Positions 51,745 to 62,916 of a stretch of DNA of 64,000 bases are shown one piece after another. Both the position numbers and the translations under genes were made by a program. This DNA comes from Hypanus sabinus (taxonomy: Eukaryota), in the NCBI RefSeq assembly GCF_030144855.1, contig NC_082725.1, positions 46,128,001 through 46,192,000 on the forward strand, in the 5' to 3' direction. Under the pieces are notes generated by a model. The model had not been told where the DNA came from. It made no database searches and saw only the letters and a list, made by a program, of their open reading frames with translations. Position 1 is the stretch's first letter. Each line of letters begins with the position of its first letter.

Positions 51745-54153
51745 ATGAGGAGCAGGAGGTACAGCGCGGGGGACCGGGCCTTCATTCAGTCGGAGGTGCA
51801 GCGGCTGCTCAGGGAGGGGATCATTGAGCCGAGCACAAGCCCTTGGAGGGCCCAGGTGGTTGTTGTTCGGACTGGGCAGAAAAATAGGATGGTGGTGGAC
51901 TATAGTCAAACCATCAATAGGTTTACGCAGCTTGACGCATACCCCCTACCCCGCATCGCGGATATGGTCAACCAGATTGCTCAGTATAAGGTGTACTCGA
52001 CAATAGATCTGAAATCCGCTTATCACCAGCTCCCCATCTGCCCAGAGGACCGCCCCTACACCGCCTTCGAGGCGGGCGGCCGGCTCTATCACTTCCTGCG
52101 CGTCCCTTTCGGTGTCACGAATGGTGTCTCTGTCTTCCAGAGGGAAATGGACCGGATGGTGGACCAGTACCAACTGCAGGCCACATTTCCCTATCTGGAT
52201 AACATCACCATCTGTGGTCATGACAGGCCAGATCACGACGCCAACCTCCAACGGTTTCTCCAAGTGGCCGCAGCTCTGAACCTTACTTATAACAGGGACA
52301 AGTGTGTGTTTGGTACCACCCGTCTTGCTATACTTGGGTATGTCGTGGAAAACGGGGTTATTGGCCCTGATCCCGAACGTATGCGCCCCCTGTTAGAGCT
52401 CCCTCTTCCCACCACTCTCAAGGCCCTCAGACGGTGCCTGGGGTTTTTTTCCTATTACGCCCAATGGGTCCCCCATTACGCAGACAAGGCCTGCCCCCTG
52501 GACAAGTCTACCTCGTTTCCCCTCTCTGCTGAGGCCTGCGCGGCCTTCAACTGCATTAAAGCGGACATTGCCAAAGCTACGATGCATGCAGTGGACGAGA
52601 CCGCTCCCTTCCAAGTGGAGTGTGATGCCTCCGATTTCGCTCTGGCTGCTACCCTTAATCAGGAAGGCAGACCAGTAGCATTCTTTTCTCGCACCCTCCA
52701 AGGCTCTGAAATTCGGCACTCCGCGGTGGAGAAAGAAGCCCAGGCCATAGTGGAGGCTGTTAGGCACTGGAAGCACTATCTTGCTGGCAAAAGATTCACT
52801 GTGCTGACCGACCAGCGCTCGGTTGCGTTCCTGTTCAGCAACCAACAGCGGGGCAAGATCAAAAATGATAAGATTTTGCGGTGGAGGATAGAACTCTCCA
52901 CCTACACCTATGATATCCTGTACCGGCCTGGCAGACTCAATGAGCCCCCTGATGCCCTATCCCGGGGAACATGTGCTAGCACACAGCTCGACCAGCTGTA
53001 CGCCCTTCATGCACAACTTTGCCATCCGGGGGTCACCCGATTTTACCATTTTGTGAAAGCTCGGAACCTGCCGTACTCCCTGGAGGACATCAGGACGATG
53101 ACCAGGGACTGCCAAATTTGTGCCGAGTGCAAACCGCACTTCTACTGTCCTGACACGGCACAACTTGTCAAGGCCACCCGCCCTTTTGAACGCCTGAGTG
53201 TTGACTTTAAGGGCCCCCTTCCCTCCACTGACCGCAATGTCTATTTTCTCAGTGTTATTGACGAGTTCTCACGGTTCCCCTTTGCCATCCCCTGCCCCGA
53301 CACCACTGCCACGTCCGTCATAAAAGCCCTGCGCCAGCTCTTCACTCTGTTCGGGTATCCCTGCTATATCCACAGTGATAGAGGGTCCTCCTTTATGAGT
53401 GAGGAGCTGCGCCAGTACTTGCTAGCTAGGGGCATTGCTACCAGTCGGACCACGAGTTATAATCCCCGGGGTAATGGCCAGGTAGAGCGGGAGAATGCCA
53501 CAGTGTGGAAGGCCACACTTTTAGCCCTCAAGTCCAAAGGGTTGCCGGTCTCTCGATGGCAGGAGGTCCTCCCTGAGGCACTGCACTCTATCCGCTCTCT
53601 GTTATGTACGTCCACCAATGCCACCCCTCACGAACGCCTATTCTCTTTTCCCAGGAAGTCTGTCACTGGGACCACCCTACCAGTTTGGCTGACGTCCCCG
53701 GGGCCAGTGCTGCTCCGGAAACATGTGAGGAGCAATAAATACTCCCCGCTGGTGGAGAGGGTTCACCTTCTCCATGCGAACCCCCAGTATGCTTACGTGG
53801 TCTTACCTGATGGGCGGGAGGACACGGTCTCCATCCGCGACCTGGCACCCGCAGGTGCAGCAGACCACTACCCTGAAGGCTCTCCGGTAACTGTGAACCC
53901 TGCACCAGAGGTGACACCGTACTCACCAGGCCCTACACAGACTCCTCACGACACTTGTATACCGGGCGTTTCGTACGCATTTATACCAGGCGCCTCGCAC
54001 ATGCATGAGGGATCACCGGCGCCTAGTGGGCAAGAACACGCGCAACCCCCGTCCCCTGTGCAATCGCCAATGTTGCCGGCACCTATGCGGTCACAGCCGG
54101 TGCTACGTAGATCGCAGCGACAGATTCGACCGCCTGATCGGCTTGACTTGTAA
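51745..54153 (+). CDS. pol: Uninterrupted RT-RNaseH-integrase ORF (802 aa)
   Basis: RMVVDY, YPLP, DLKSAYHQ, PFGV, YLDN; RNase H CDAS...EKE...TDQ; HHCC; D(FKG)...D(RG)...E(REN). Confidence 0.9.
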   Translation: MRSRRYSAGDRAFIQSEVQRLLREGIIEPSTSPWRAQVVVVRTGQKNRMVVDYSQTINRFTQLDAYPLPRIADMVNQIAQYKVYSTIDLKSAYHQLPICPEDRPYTAFEAGGRLYHFLRVPFGVTNGVSVFQREMDRMVDQYQLQATFPYLDNITICGHDRPDHDANLQRFLQVAAALNLTYNRDKCVFGTTRLAILGYVVENGVIGPDPERMRPLLELPLPTTLKALRRCLGFFSYYAQWVPHYADKACPLDKSTSFPLSAEACAAFNCIKADIAKATMHAVDETAPFQVECDASDFALAATLNQEGRPVAFFSRTLQGSEIRHSAVEKEAQAIVEAVRHWKHYLAGKRFTVLTDQRSVAFLFSNQQRGKIKNDKILRWRIELSTYTYDILYRPGRLNEPPDALSRGTCASTQLDQLYALHAQLCHPGVTRFYHFVKARNLPYSLEDIRTMTRDCQICAECKPHFYCPDTAQLVKATRPFERLSVDFKGPLPSTDRNVYFLSVIDEFSRFPFAIPCPDTTATSVIKALRQLFTLFGYPCYIHSDRGSSFMSEELRQYLLARGIATSRTTSYNPRGNGQVERENATVWKATLLALKSKGLPVSRWQEVLPEALHSIRSLLCTSTNATPHERLFSFPRKSVTGTTLPVWLTSPGPVLLRKHVRSNKYSPLVERVHLLHANPQYAYVVLPDGREDTVSIRDLAPAGAADHYPEGSPVTVNPAPEVTPYSPGPTQTPHDTCIPGVSYAFIPGASHMHEGSPAPSGQEHAQPPSPVQSPMLPAPMRSQPVLRRSQRQIRPPDRLDL

Positions 54154-54198
54154 GAACCTTCGCTACATGAGGACTTTTTCAAACGAAGGGGGGGTGAA

Positions 54199-54410
54199 TG
54201 TGGTGAACTATGTGCCTGTCGGGACACGCCCCTGCTGACTGCTCCTGTGGCTCCTCCCACAGGCCCCTGTATAAAGGAGACCTGCGGCCTGAAGATCGGC
54301 CTCAGTCTCCAGGACCTTGTATGATAGACACTCACTCCTGGTTCCTTCTTCCAGTCAATAAAAGCCGATATCTCGCCTACGTCTCAGTGTGAGTTATTGA
54401 TGGTGCATCA
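54199..54410 (+). repeat. 3' LTR
   Basis: Identical to the 5' LTR; followed by the TSD. Confidence 0.95.
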
Positions 54411-54999
54411 GCAATTAATCGTGGCTCAGAAGAAGTACATTTGGCAGAAGAGTATTCCGTATAATTGCAGGCTGTCTGCAAGATGTTGCATTTGGTCATT
54501 GGTGCCATTTTGTTGAAAGTCTTGCTTGTATTACATTATTTGAATTTAACTGAACGTACCTTCAGCTGAATTCTGCTATAAATATTTTTTAAAGCTGTTA
54601 ACTCGGTCTATTATGAAATTAAAAGGAAAATTTTATATCACACAATTTTAGAAAGAATTTTGTGTTTTTTTTTCAAGTCTAAGGTCCAGTATAATTCATG
54701 TACCTGAAATGAAATTCCCAAGTAATTATATCTATTGATTAACCAGTAAATCTGGGAGGGATTCCTTTTTGTATATTTATTTGAACAGCCAAAACTAAGT
54801 TAAACATCTCTTTACAATTGAATGGGAATAACTATGCTTTACTCTCCTATACACTTCCTTGAACAACTCATAAAATATTTTATTTTAATAATGAGATGTT
54901 TCCAACAAAATATTTTTTAAAAACCTGAACATCTGCAGTAAAACCTGCCTCAGAAAGTTAAAAGGGTATATGTACATGGGGGTGGGGCGTTGGGTCAGA

Positions 55000-55530
55000 G
55001 GGAATGGACCACGTGATGAGGGGTGACGTACACAAACATGTTTACATAGTTTGAAAGTAAGCTAGAATTTGAAAAAAAAAGTAAATGAGTTGGTTAAGGG
55101 CATAGAAATGGTCACCGAGGTGCAAGGTGCCGGTTTAAAGAGAATCTAGCGGAGCTGTGTTTTTGAGGGGGATGGGTGGGTTGTGACGTCGAGCAGCCAT
55201 CTTGCGCTGGTGTGGCGGCGGCGGGGGCGCGGGTGATCTTTGCTGTCGTCTGACGGGAGGGCAGAGAGCCGAGCGCTGGCCCGGTCTGACACGCCGAGAG
55301 TTAGCGGGAGCAGCCGACCTTGTGCGAGGGGCAGTGAGGGAGCGAGAGCGGAGGCAGGCAGGCGGGCAGGCGGCAGTACTCGGGCCAGAGGCCGTGGTTT
55401 TGTGCGGTTTTCTCACGCCAGGAGCTCGCTTTAAGACTATGGGTGACCTAGAGCGCAGAGAGCGCGGCTCGCTCACACTGACGGGTTTGACCGGGTTTGT
55501 GGTCTCTTCTTGACATGGGCGGGGAGTGAC
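55000..55530 (+). promoter_or_regulatory. C6orf62: C6orf62 CpG-island promoter and probable non-coding first exon
   Basis: CpG-rich; CRE-like TGACGTC 55184-90, YY1 motif GCAGCCATCTTG 55193-204, E-box CACGTG near 55010. Confidence 0.75.
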
Positions 55531-56484
55531 AGTCAGCGTTAGTTTGCAATATATATATACGTTATATATATGTTCAATACAAACAGCTTAGGAAAGGAGT
55601 TACGGTAGAAAACCAAAACAATCAAAAGGCGGCACAGCAGGAGCTCCCAACAGTTAAGCCTGTGAGCAGATCTATAGAGGCAAACATGATAAACAAGTGA
55701 TTTTTTTTTTGTTTTCTTTGTGTAGGGCGATGTCAGGAAACCGGTTAAAGGTTTACCACCATGTTGTTAATTGAAACCAAGTCTTTGGTGAAGTCAGAAA
55801 TGCCCTTTGCTTGGTATTTTGTTTGTTTCTACCCATGTGCCAATGAGCCGTGTCATGTAGTTGATGTGCCAGTGCAATCCTCTTTGTCTTTTATTGTCTG
55901 TCCTTAAAGCAAAAACTAAAAAGGAAAAAAATATACTGTCACCTACTCCAATATGTTTGAAGACAACTGTGCCAGAGGCTGCAGGTAAACTTATCAGGCT
56001 TTTTTTTTGTGTAAAAAGGCAAAAATCTGGCCTGTATGTAAACATGGGATCTGGCTGCATCATTTCTGTGTCATCCTTGGGCACACCTGAATCTCAGTTA
56101 GGTGTTTAATTTGTTGGTTAGATCCATTGGTATCCATCATTGTAATCTAGTTTTAGTTCAGCAGGTTAAAATTTATCTCTAATTTGGATTGCTTTGGTTT
56201 GTAAGTTTTGTTAATGTGAATTAAAAGTGAATTTAGTTCCCTGCACTCTGATGTGACCGTGTATATATAGGGACTGTTATCATGACTGGACTCTGGCCAA
56301 CATTTATCCTAAGTTTTTGCACAACACAGTTTTAGAGCTTCTGGACTAGTAGTTGTGGTAGTTTTTTTCAGTTAGTGCTACCAGACATGTTCTGTTGTGC
56401 TGTTTTCTTTTGAGAGAAATTGCCCATGTTAGATTTTGTCACTTTGTCATAAGCTAAAAAGAGGGTTAACACACTCAAAACAAA

Positions 56485-56613
56485 ATGGGTGACCCACACT
56501 CTCGGAAGAACCAGACTTTAAATCGACTGCGTGCTCAACTTAGAAAGAAGAAAGAATCTCTGGCAGATCAGTTTGATTTCAAAATGTACATTGCCTTTGT
56601 ATTCAAAGATAAG
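56485..56613 (+). CDS. C6orf62: C6orf62 coding exon 1
   Basis: [43 protein letters not shown] then gtaaga; near-identical to the human C6orf62 N-terminus. Confidence 0.96.
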
Positions 56614-57291
56614 GTAAGATATTACCTTTCTTGGCATATTTGTCAAAGGTGAAATGTAGAATGCTTTCTTCACTAGTTGTGGGACGAGAAGCTGCTTTAT
56701 AGGATATTTACAGGGCAGTCCCTAGATAACTGTAATTGACGTACTTTGAAGCATTTACATTGGCAGAAGTTCATTTAGGCTTCAAAGCAACGGTCATGAT
56801 AAAGAACATTGATCTACCTACCTACTGCCCATTGCGCCACTGGCGTTTAGCGCAGCAATGAGGGTCCTTCATCTGTGGTGGCGTTCAGGGCTGCCTTCAT
56901 TGTGTCAGTAGCTCAGTTTTCACAGTCATGCAAGTTCAGGATAGAGACTCTGGAATACCATCGCACTCAGATGTGGAAGGTTTCTTCATTGCTGTTTCCA
57001 TAACAGTTTTGTTGTAGCAGTCAGGGTTATTAGCCCTGAAGTGAACCCGGAGGACTGGTGGACCACTCTTAGTCCAGCTTCTATTGTTTGACCTGTTTGG
57101 CATGGGTGACCCTACCAAGAGCCAAAGCATAAAACCCTGACTCAGCCAGCATAGCTCTCTGGGTCATTGAGGCACACAGGCCTTCAAACTACTTCAAGAT
57201 TGTGGTCCTCTTGAGAGGAAAGAACATTGAAGACAGTAGGAAAACTAGCAGGGATTGACAGAAAGGAGGAGAGCAGGAACTTATAGTGGAT

Positions 57292-57710
57292 CACAAACAT
57301 GAGAAAATCTGCAGGTGCTGGAAATCCAAAGCGCAAAACACAAAATACTGGAGGAACTCCGCAGGTTGTAGAGAAAACAGTCAACTTTTCAGGCCGCTAC
57401 CCTTCTTCGGGACTGGGGGTGTGGGGGCAGGGGAAAGAGGCTGGCTGGAAGGTGATAGGTGAAGCCAAGTGGGTGGGAAAGGCCAAGGACTGGAGAAGAC
57501 AGAATCTGATAGGAGAGGAGAATGGACCGTACGAGAAAGAGGAGGAGGAGGGACCCCTGGAGAAAGTAATAGGTGAGAAGTAGTACAAGGTCAGAGTTGA
57601 GAATGGGGAGGGGGAATTTTGTTCACCTTTTGAAGAAATCAATATTCATACCATCAGGTTGTAGGATACTCAGAATATAAGGTGTTGTTCCTCCACCCTG
57701 AGGGTGGGTT
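57292..57710 (-). mobile_element. Penelope-like element 3' fragment in C6orf62 intron 1
   Basis: Minus-strand QPDGMNIDF; same 3' UTR family as 42230-42745. Confidence 0.7.
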
Positions 57711-60097
57711 GTAGTTGGTCAGATTAGCTGAATAGAAAAGTGGCAAGTAGAATCCCTGATCCCTGAAGAGATGTACCTATGGAACTGCAACAAGAGGATG
57801 GGATGACATTCAGGTGTGGAGGAGTAGTGATCTTTGGGATGCGTGTCCTTAGTTAAAGGTAGTTGGGATGCTTTTCTTTCGGTCAGACATAGAACAGCTG
57901 GCAGGGATACTAGAACTGAGGATTTAGTACTGTTGACAGTTCTGGTTCAAACAATGTGGGAAATGTGTTTACACTGGAGAGAGTGATAAGATTTGTAAAG
58001 TTGTTGCCAGGAGTGGAAACCTGTTGCCAACAGGGGAAGATTAGGTAGGTTGGGGTTATTTTTTTCATCAGTGTAGAGGCTAAGGAGAGACTAAAAGATG
58101 TGAAATTGACAGCTTTGGATAGGTGAATAGAAGGTACCTAAATATACCCCTCACTAAAGAGGCAAAACCCGAAATCTCAAATTTAAACCTAGAATAATCC
58201 TGGAGGAGTGTTGTTGGACTTGCATTTGTCTCGCATGTGGAGAGTATTCCATCACATTACTGGCTTCCGTGAAAGGCCTTGGGTGTCAGTAAAGTCATTC
58301 ACTGCAGGATACCCAGCACAGCCACGAAGGGCTAAATGGCCTCCATTTGTTTTAATTCTATGCTGTTCTGATATGGACAGACTTTCCTGGAAAGCTGAGA
58401 AAATAACTACTGTGATTGTCTCTTTATCATAAGATCAAGGGTTATACAGAATTTCTTAATCACTTTGGAAACTGAGCTTAATATGACACACATGATAGTT
58501 ACAGTTAACCCATCCACAGATCCTCACTCTGCTTCCTTCAGATTATTTTGGGATTTGCACTGTCATTTGACTGGGATATGAAGGCTTATTTGCTTTATCT
58601 TTACAATAAGTGGGGTAAAATGTCAGCTTGTCCACAGAATATTTGCTTAAAGTGTAAATAACTACCATGATTAATCCCACCCCAGTGAAACTCTGTTAAT
58701 CCAGTTTGTGTAGGGCTCTGGTGTTGGGCAAGCAAATTTTCTGGACTATCAGATACTATACACCTTCACACTTCTAGTTCTTTTTCTGATGTTATGCAGT
58801 GGAATAATAAGTTTTCCAATGTACCGAGCGAGTTTAAAATTAATGCTTGAAATGGAACTAGATGTTTCAAAGCGCTGTGGGACCTTGGGCCCTGCTGAGT
58901 TCCAAGTGTGAATTGAATTTCTGAATGACCGAAGATTTACTCTATTATCTACCTTTGAACTGAATTTTTCTTGTCCCTCATTTCAATATCCCTTTAGTCA
59001 TTTGGTTGCTAATTAATATGACATTCCGCAGTATATACTAAAACTTAACAGACGCTTCAAAGTGAGACCAAGAACACAAGCTGTTGTATCTGGAATAATT
59101 TTATTCAACCTCTTCATGCTACTTGGTTAAAGTGAAATGCATTTGAGCATGTGAACAGTATGAAAAATGAATATTATTGATCAGTTGGTTTCATTCAAAT
59201 TTTCTTTGCAATTTTTTACTATTGTCCAAATCACTTTCACAACATCGCTCACTTCTGCTTGCTGCCTATATCTGTGGTTGACAGTGTTTTCATGGGGATT
59301 TCAGGGAAAGGAGAATGGGGAATATACTGATTGGATTGTACTCTTACAGGCAGCATTTGATTAGGTATCTGCTCCCTTGAAAATTTAATCTAAATAGTGA
59401 GTCAAAGGTCACATCAGAATTTTTAGTAGACATCTGTAGGTAGTTGGAAATGAAGGCAACTTAAGCAATATGGGAATAGAAAATAGGCACTTGATAACAG
59501 GAGGGTAGGGTAACCTAATATTGGCTAGTTGAGTTAGGAGACATATTCCTCCTTCCTCAAAACAATGCTTGATTAATTGTTACTTTTCAATTACCTTAAT
59601 CACAGTTGACTGTCTCCTGATAATGAAATTTGGATTGTTTTTCAAGGTGACTTGTTTATATTCATGCTTGTGTGATTATAGTTTTAGTAAAACTTATTCA
59701 AATTTGTGAGAACATGATTTCTGCTTAAGAATTTAATAATTTTGTTTCTTAAGTTTTGTTTAAGTTGAATTTTAAAAGAATTTCTTGCTTTGATATTTTT
59801 CTTTGTACGTTTCAGATTTTCCCCCAACATTTTAGAAATTTCACTTCAGAAATTACTGTCCTGTACATAATAGGCACAGAGTGTATAGTCCCTGTTCATA
59901 CTGTCCTGTGAAGTGAATAGCTTATATTTTTAAATTCAACTTGCAGTCCTTTCCAAACAGAGCTATTGTGTGTCACTGAATCAAAATATTTTAAATCTAT
60001 TTTGAAAAATGCAACTTGACAGTAATAATTTAAAAGAAATAGCATAGATAGAAAATGTTTTATGTTAAGAATTATGATTCTGATATTATGATTTAAG

Positions 60098-60274
60098 AAG
60101 AAAAAGTCGGCACTATTCGAAGTGGCTGAAGTGGTACCAGTTATGACCAATAACTATGAAGAAAATATCCTCAAAGGTGTACGGGAGTCCAGCTACTCCC
60201 TGGACAGTTCCACAGAGCTGCTGCAGAAGGATGTAGTGCAGCTTCATGCACCACGCTACCAATCCATGCGCAGG
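60098..60274 (+). CDS. C6orf62: C6orf62 coding exon 2
   Basis: [30 protein letters not shown]...[10 protein letters not shown] then gtaagt, 177 nt. Confidence 0.95.
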
Positions 60275-61447
60275 GTAAGTACTTCACTAGAATTATATAA
60301 GTTAAAGTTTGCTTGTTCTTGGAATGATGCAGAGTGGTAGAATATGTCACATCAAAATGTTCAATTACTAACAGCAACTTCCTTTATCTTAAGAGGGAAA
60401 AAGGTTTGTATTTGCTTTACATAACCATTTTTTCCACAATGGTCACAGCCAAAACAACCATTGATACTCTTCAACGCTGTAAACGCTGGAAGTAATAAAA
60501 TACTCAAAAGGTCTGGCAACATTTAGAGTAGTGGGAGCTAGAAACAGTTTCAGGTCAAAGTTCCTCAGTCAGAAGTATTAATTCCCATGCACGTAATTAT
60601 TTATTGGCTTAAATATAAAACTGATTTTGATATGCTAAGGTCTTTTGATTTGTACTAATATGGAATCGTTTTGCTTAAGGCTGATCATTTTTCTTCTGAT
60701 TGGTTTTTTCCATTTACTGATCAGCATTGTGTTAACTTAATTTGGCGATGCCAGTGGTTTTTTGCACTCCCTTCAATTTTAACTGAAAAGCTGACTACTT
60801 GCCTTTGAGCTTATGATCTAATGTATCTTTTAAGATGGAGCTTCTAATGTGATAATTGGTTTGGTAATGATTCATAGATTTGAAATATTCTACTTAAAGA
60901 TAAATCAACTCGTTTAAATATTTTGATGTAATATATTTAGATTCTCTTCTATATGTCATTTCAAATTATTGTAAATGTTGCTTTATTGATTAGTTTTTAA
61001 AACTGTTTGGATATGCCTATTTAATTGTGAGAAGGCAATATGGAAAAGCTGGTTCCATGGCTGAAGATGTAAGGCAACAAAGAAATCTGGCTGTGGTAGA
61101 TATGATCGTCTGCAGGGATCAATTTATCCTAATTAATGCAAATACTCTTTTGTGGTTTAATGCTTTTAAAAGTTCTTGTTATTTTCTTACAATGCTATAT
61201 TAGACTGGCATTGAAAGACGACGATTTTAGTTATTCAGAACGAAGGGTAAGTATGGAAACTGGAGGTGGTTGTTAGCAATTCACATTCTTTTGACTTCTA
61301 GCCTTGTACTATAATGCCTTGTAACTCTTGATCCACAACCAAAATTATCATTTTTAGTAAAATTATAATCTTTGTTTTTGCATTTCTTGATATGGAATCC
61401 ATTCAATATCTCTATTGGAATTTCTCTCATTGCCTGACCTATTTTAG

Positions 61448-61573
61448 GATGTAATTGGCTGTACACAGGAGATGGACTTTATCCTTTGGCCACGGAATGA
61501 TATAGAGAAGATGGTCTGTCTCCTTTTCTCCAAGTGGAAGGGTACAGATGGTGAGCCTTTCAGGCCTGTTCAG
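61448..61573 (+). CDS. C6orf62: C6orf62 coding exon 3
   Basis: [42 protein letters not shown], 126 nt, AG/GT flanked. Confidence 0.96.
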
Positions 61574-62781
61574 GTACTGCTTGTACATAAACATGAGCCA
61601 AACTTTTGGATGCCGATCACAATTGATTTGACTTGCAGTTTGCCTAGCTTGTTGACAGTTTTTGTGTTGGATGATTTTTCTGTATCTTTGGTTTTGTTCA
61701 GACGTTATATATTTATAGTTTGACATTGTAATTCTTAGTATATGGGTTTCATTTCCGTTGTCTCTCAGTTATCTGTGTAATGACAAATCTTGATAGACTT
61801 TGTTCTTTTATGGATACCTTGTTTCTTACTTTTCCCTCTAGCGATCTTAACATCGTGTTAGATTCACATTTGTAGTGCATCACCAAAGCAGCATAAAAGT
61901 AGAAACTCAATGGGCTTGGCAAACTGCAAATCAAATCAACTGTGATAAGTATACTGTCAACATTAGCACAGTAATGGTGGTTGTCTGTCATGTGCAGTGA
62001 TGACAGGAGACCTTTCAAAGTGGATAGGCCATTGCACTGGGGCAGTTCCTCTCTTGACCCCGGTACAGTGGTAAAAACAAGTGTCACAAACTGGGGTCTT
62101 CCTTGGTTGCAGTGGATGACCGTGGCGTCTTCTGTGCCTTGTCATGCTCTTTGCTCTCCACTGAGCATTGCAGAACTGTAGATCTCATCTGCCCAGTCAG
62201 CTGGAGCTGACTTAGCATGCTAGGATAGGCATGTCTCTATCTCACCGGGTTTGAGGCCCGCTGGCTACCCTCACCCTTGCCTGTTGAAGTGGTGTGGCCA
62301 CTATCGCATGCAGACAGCTACTTGGAACCGCAGGTGGGAGCTGAGCTTCTGGTGGGGACCGAAAATGAGTGAGCTGCCCCAGAATGGACACGACAAGCCC
62401 CTTCACCAGAGCTTTACCCCTCCCTGGACACCCAATACACATCAAGCACAGTAATTAAAGGGGTTATTTATGCATAAGCCTTAATAAACCAGAAGCATTT
62501 TGTTTGCCTGTGGTACTTCAAAACCAAGCTTAGCCCTTTGGTTGTCTTGAGTCCACAAGCACTTATAATGAAGATGTTGGGTTGAGACCAATAGCAGGGG
62601 TCCTGTCAGATCTTAGCAGAATTACCAAGGCCAATTATAAAATCTATGCATCTAATAAACCTAAAAGGAATAAAATTAGATCTTTCTGATCTTGGCAAAT
62701 AATTTTTGAGTACTTGCTGAACATGAAATTAAGCAACAATTCTTGTTTTCTAATATTTTAAAGTGCTTACTGTTTATGCAG

Positions 62782-62916
62782 GCCAAGTTTGAGTTTCATC
62801 ATGGCGATTATGAGAAACAGTTTCTGCACTTAATTAGCCGGAAGGATAAGGCAGGACTCATCGTAAACAACCCTACCCAGTCCATCTTTCTGTTCATTAA
62901 TCGTCAGCACTTGCAG
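62782..62916 (+). CDS. C6orf62: C6orf62 coding exon 4 (final exon lies beyond the window)
   Basis: [45 protein letters not shown] then gtga, 135 nt. Confidence 0.96.

Larger units (their letters stand above)
51504..54410 (+). mobile_element. Young Ty3/Gypsy LTR element lacking gag and protease (pol-only, 2907 bp)
   Basis: Identical 212-bp TG...CA LTRs; 5-bp TSD GCAAT (51499-503, 54411-15); PPT GAAGGGGGGG before the 3' LTR; one 802-aa ORF. Confidence 0.95.

Noticed and set aside
51515-54392. Identical 60-aa ORFs at 51515 and 54210
   Set aside because: They only reflect the two identical LTRs and start upstream of the TATA box
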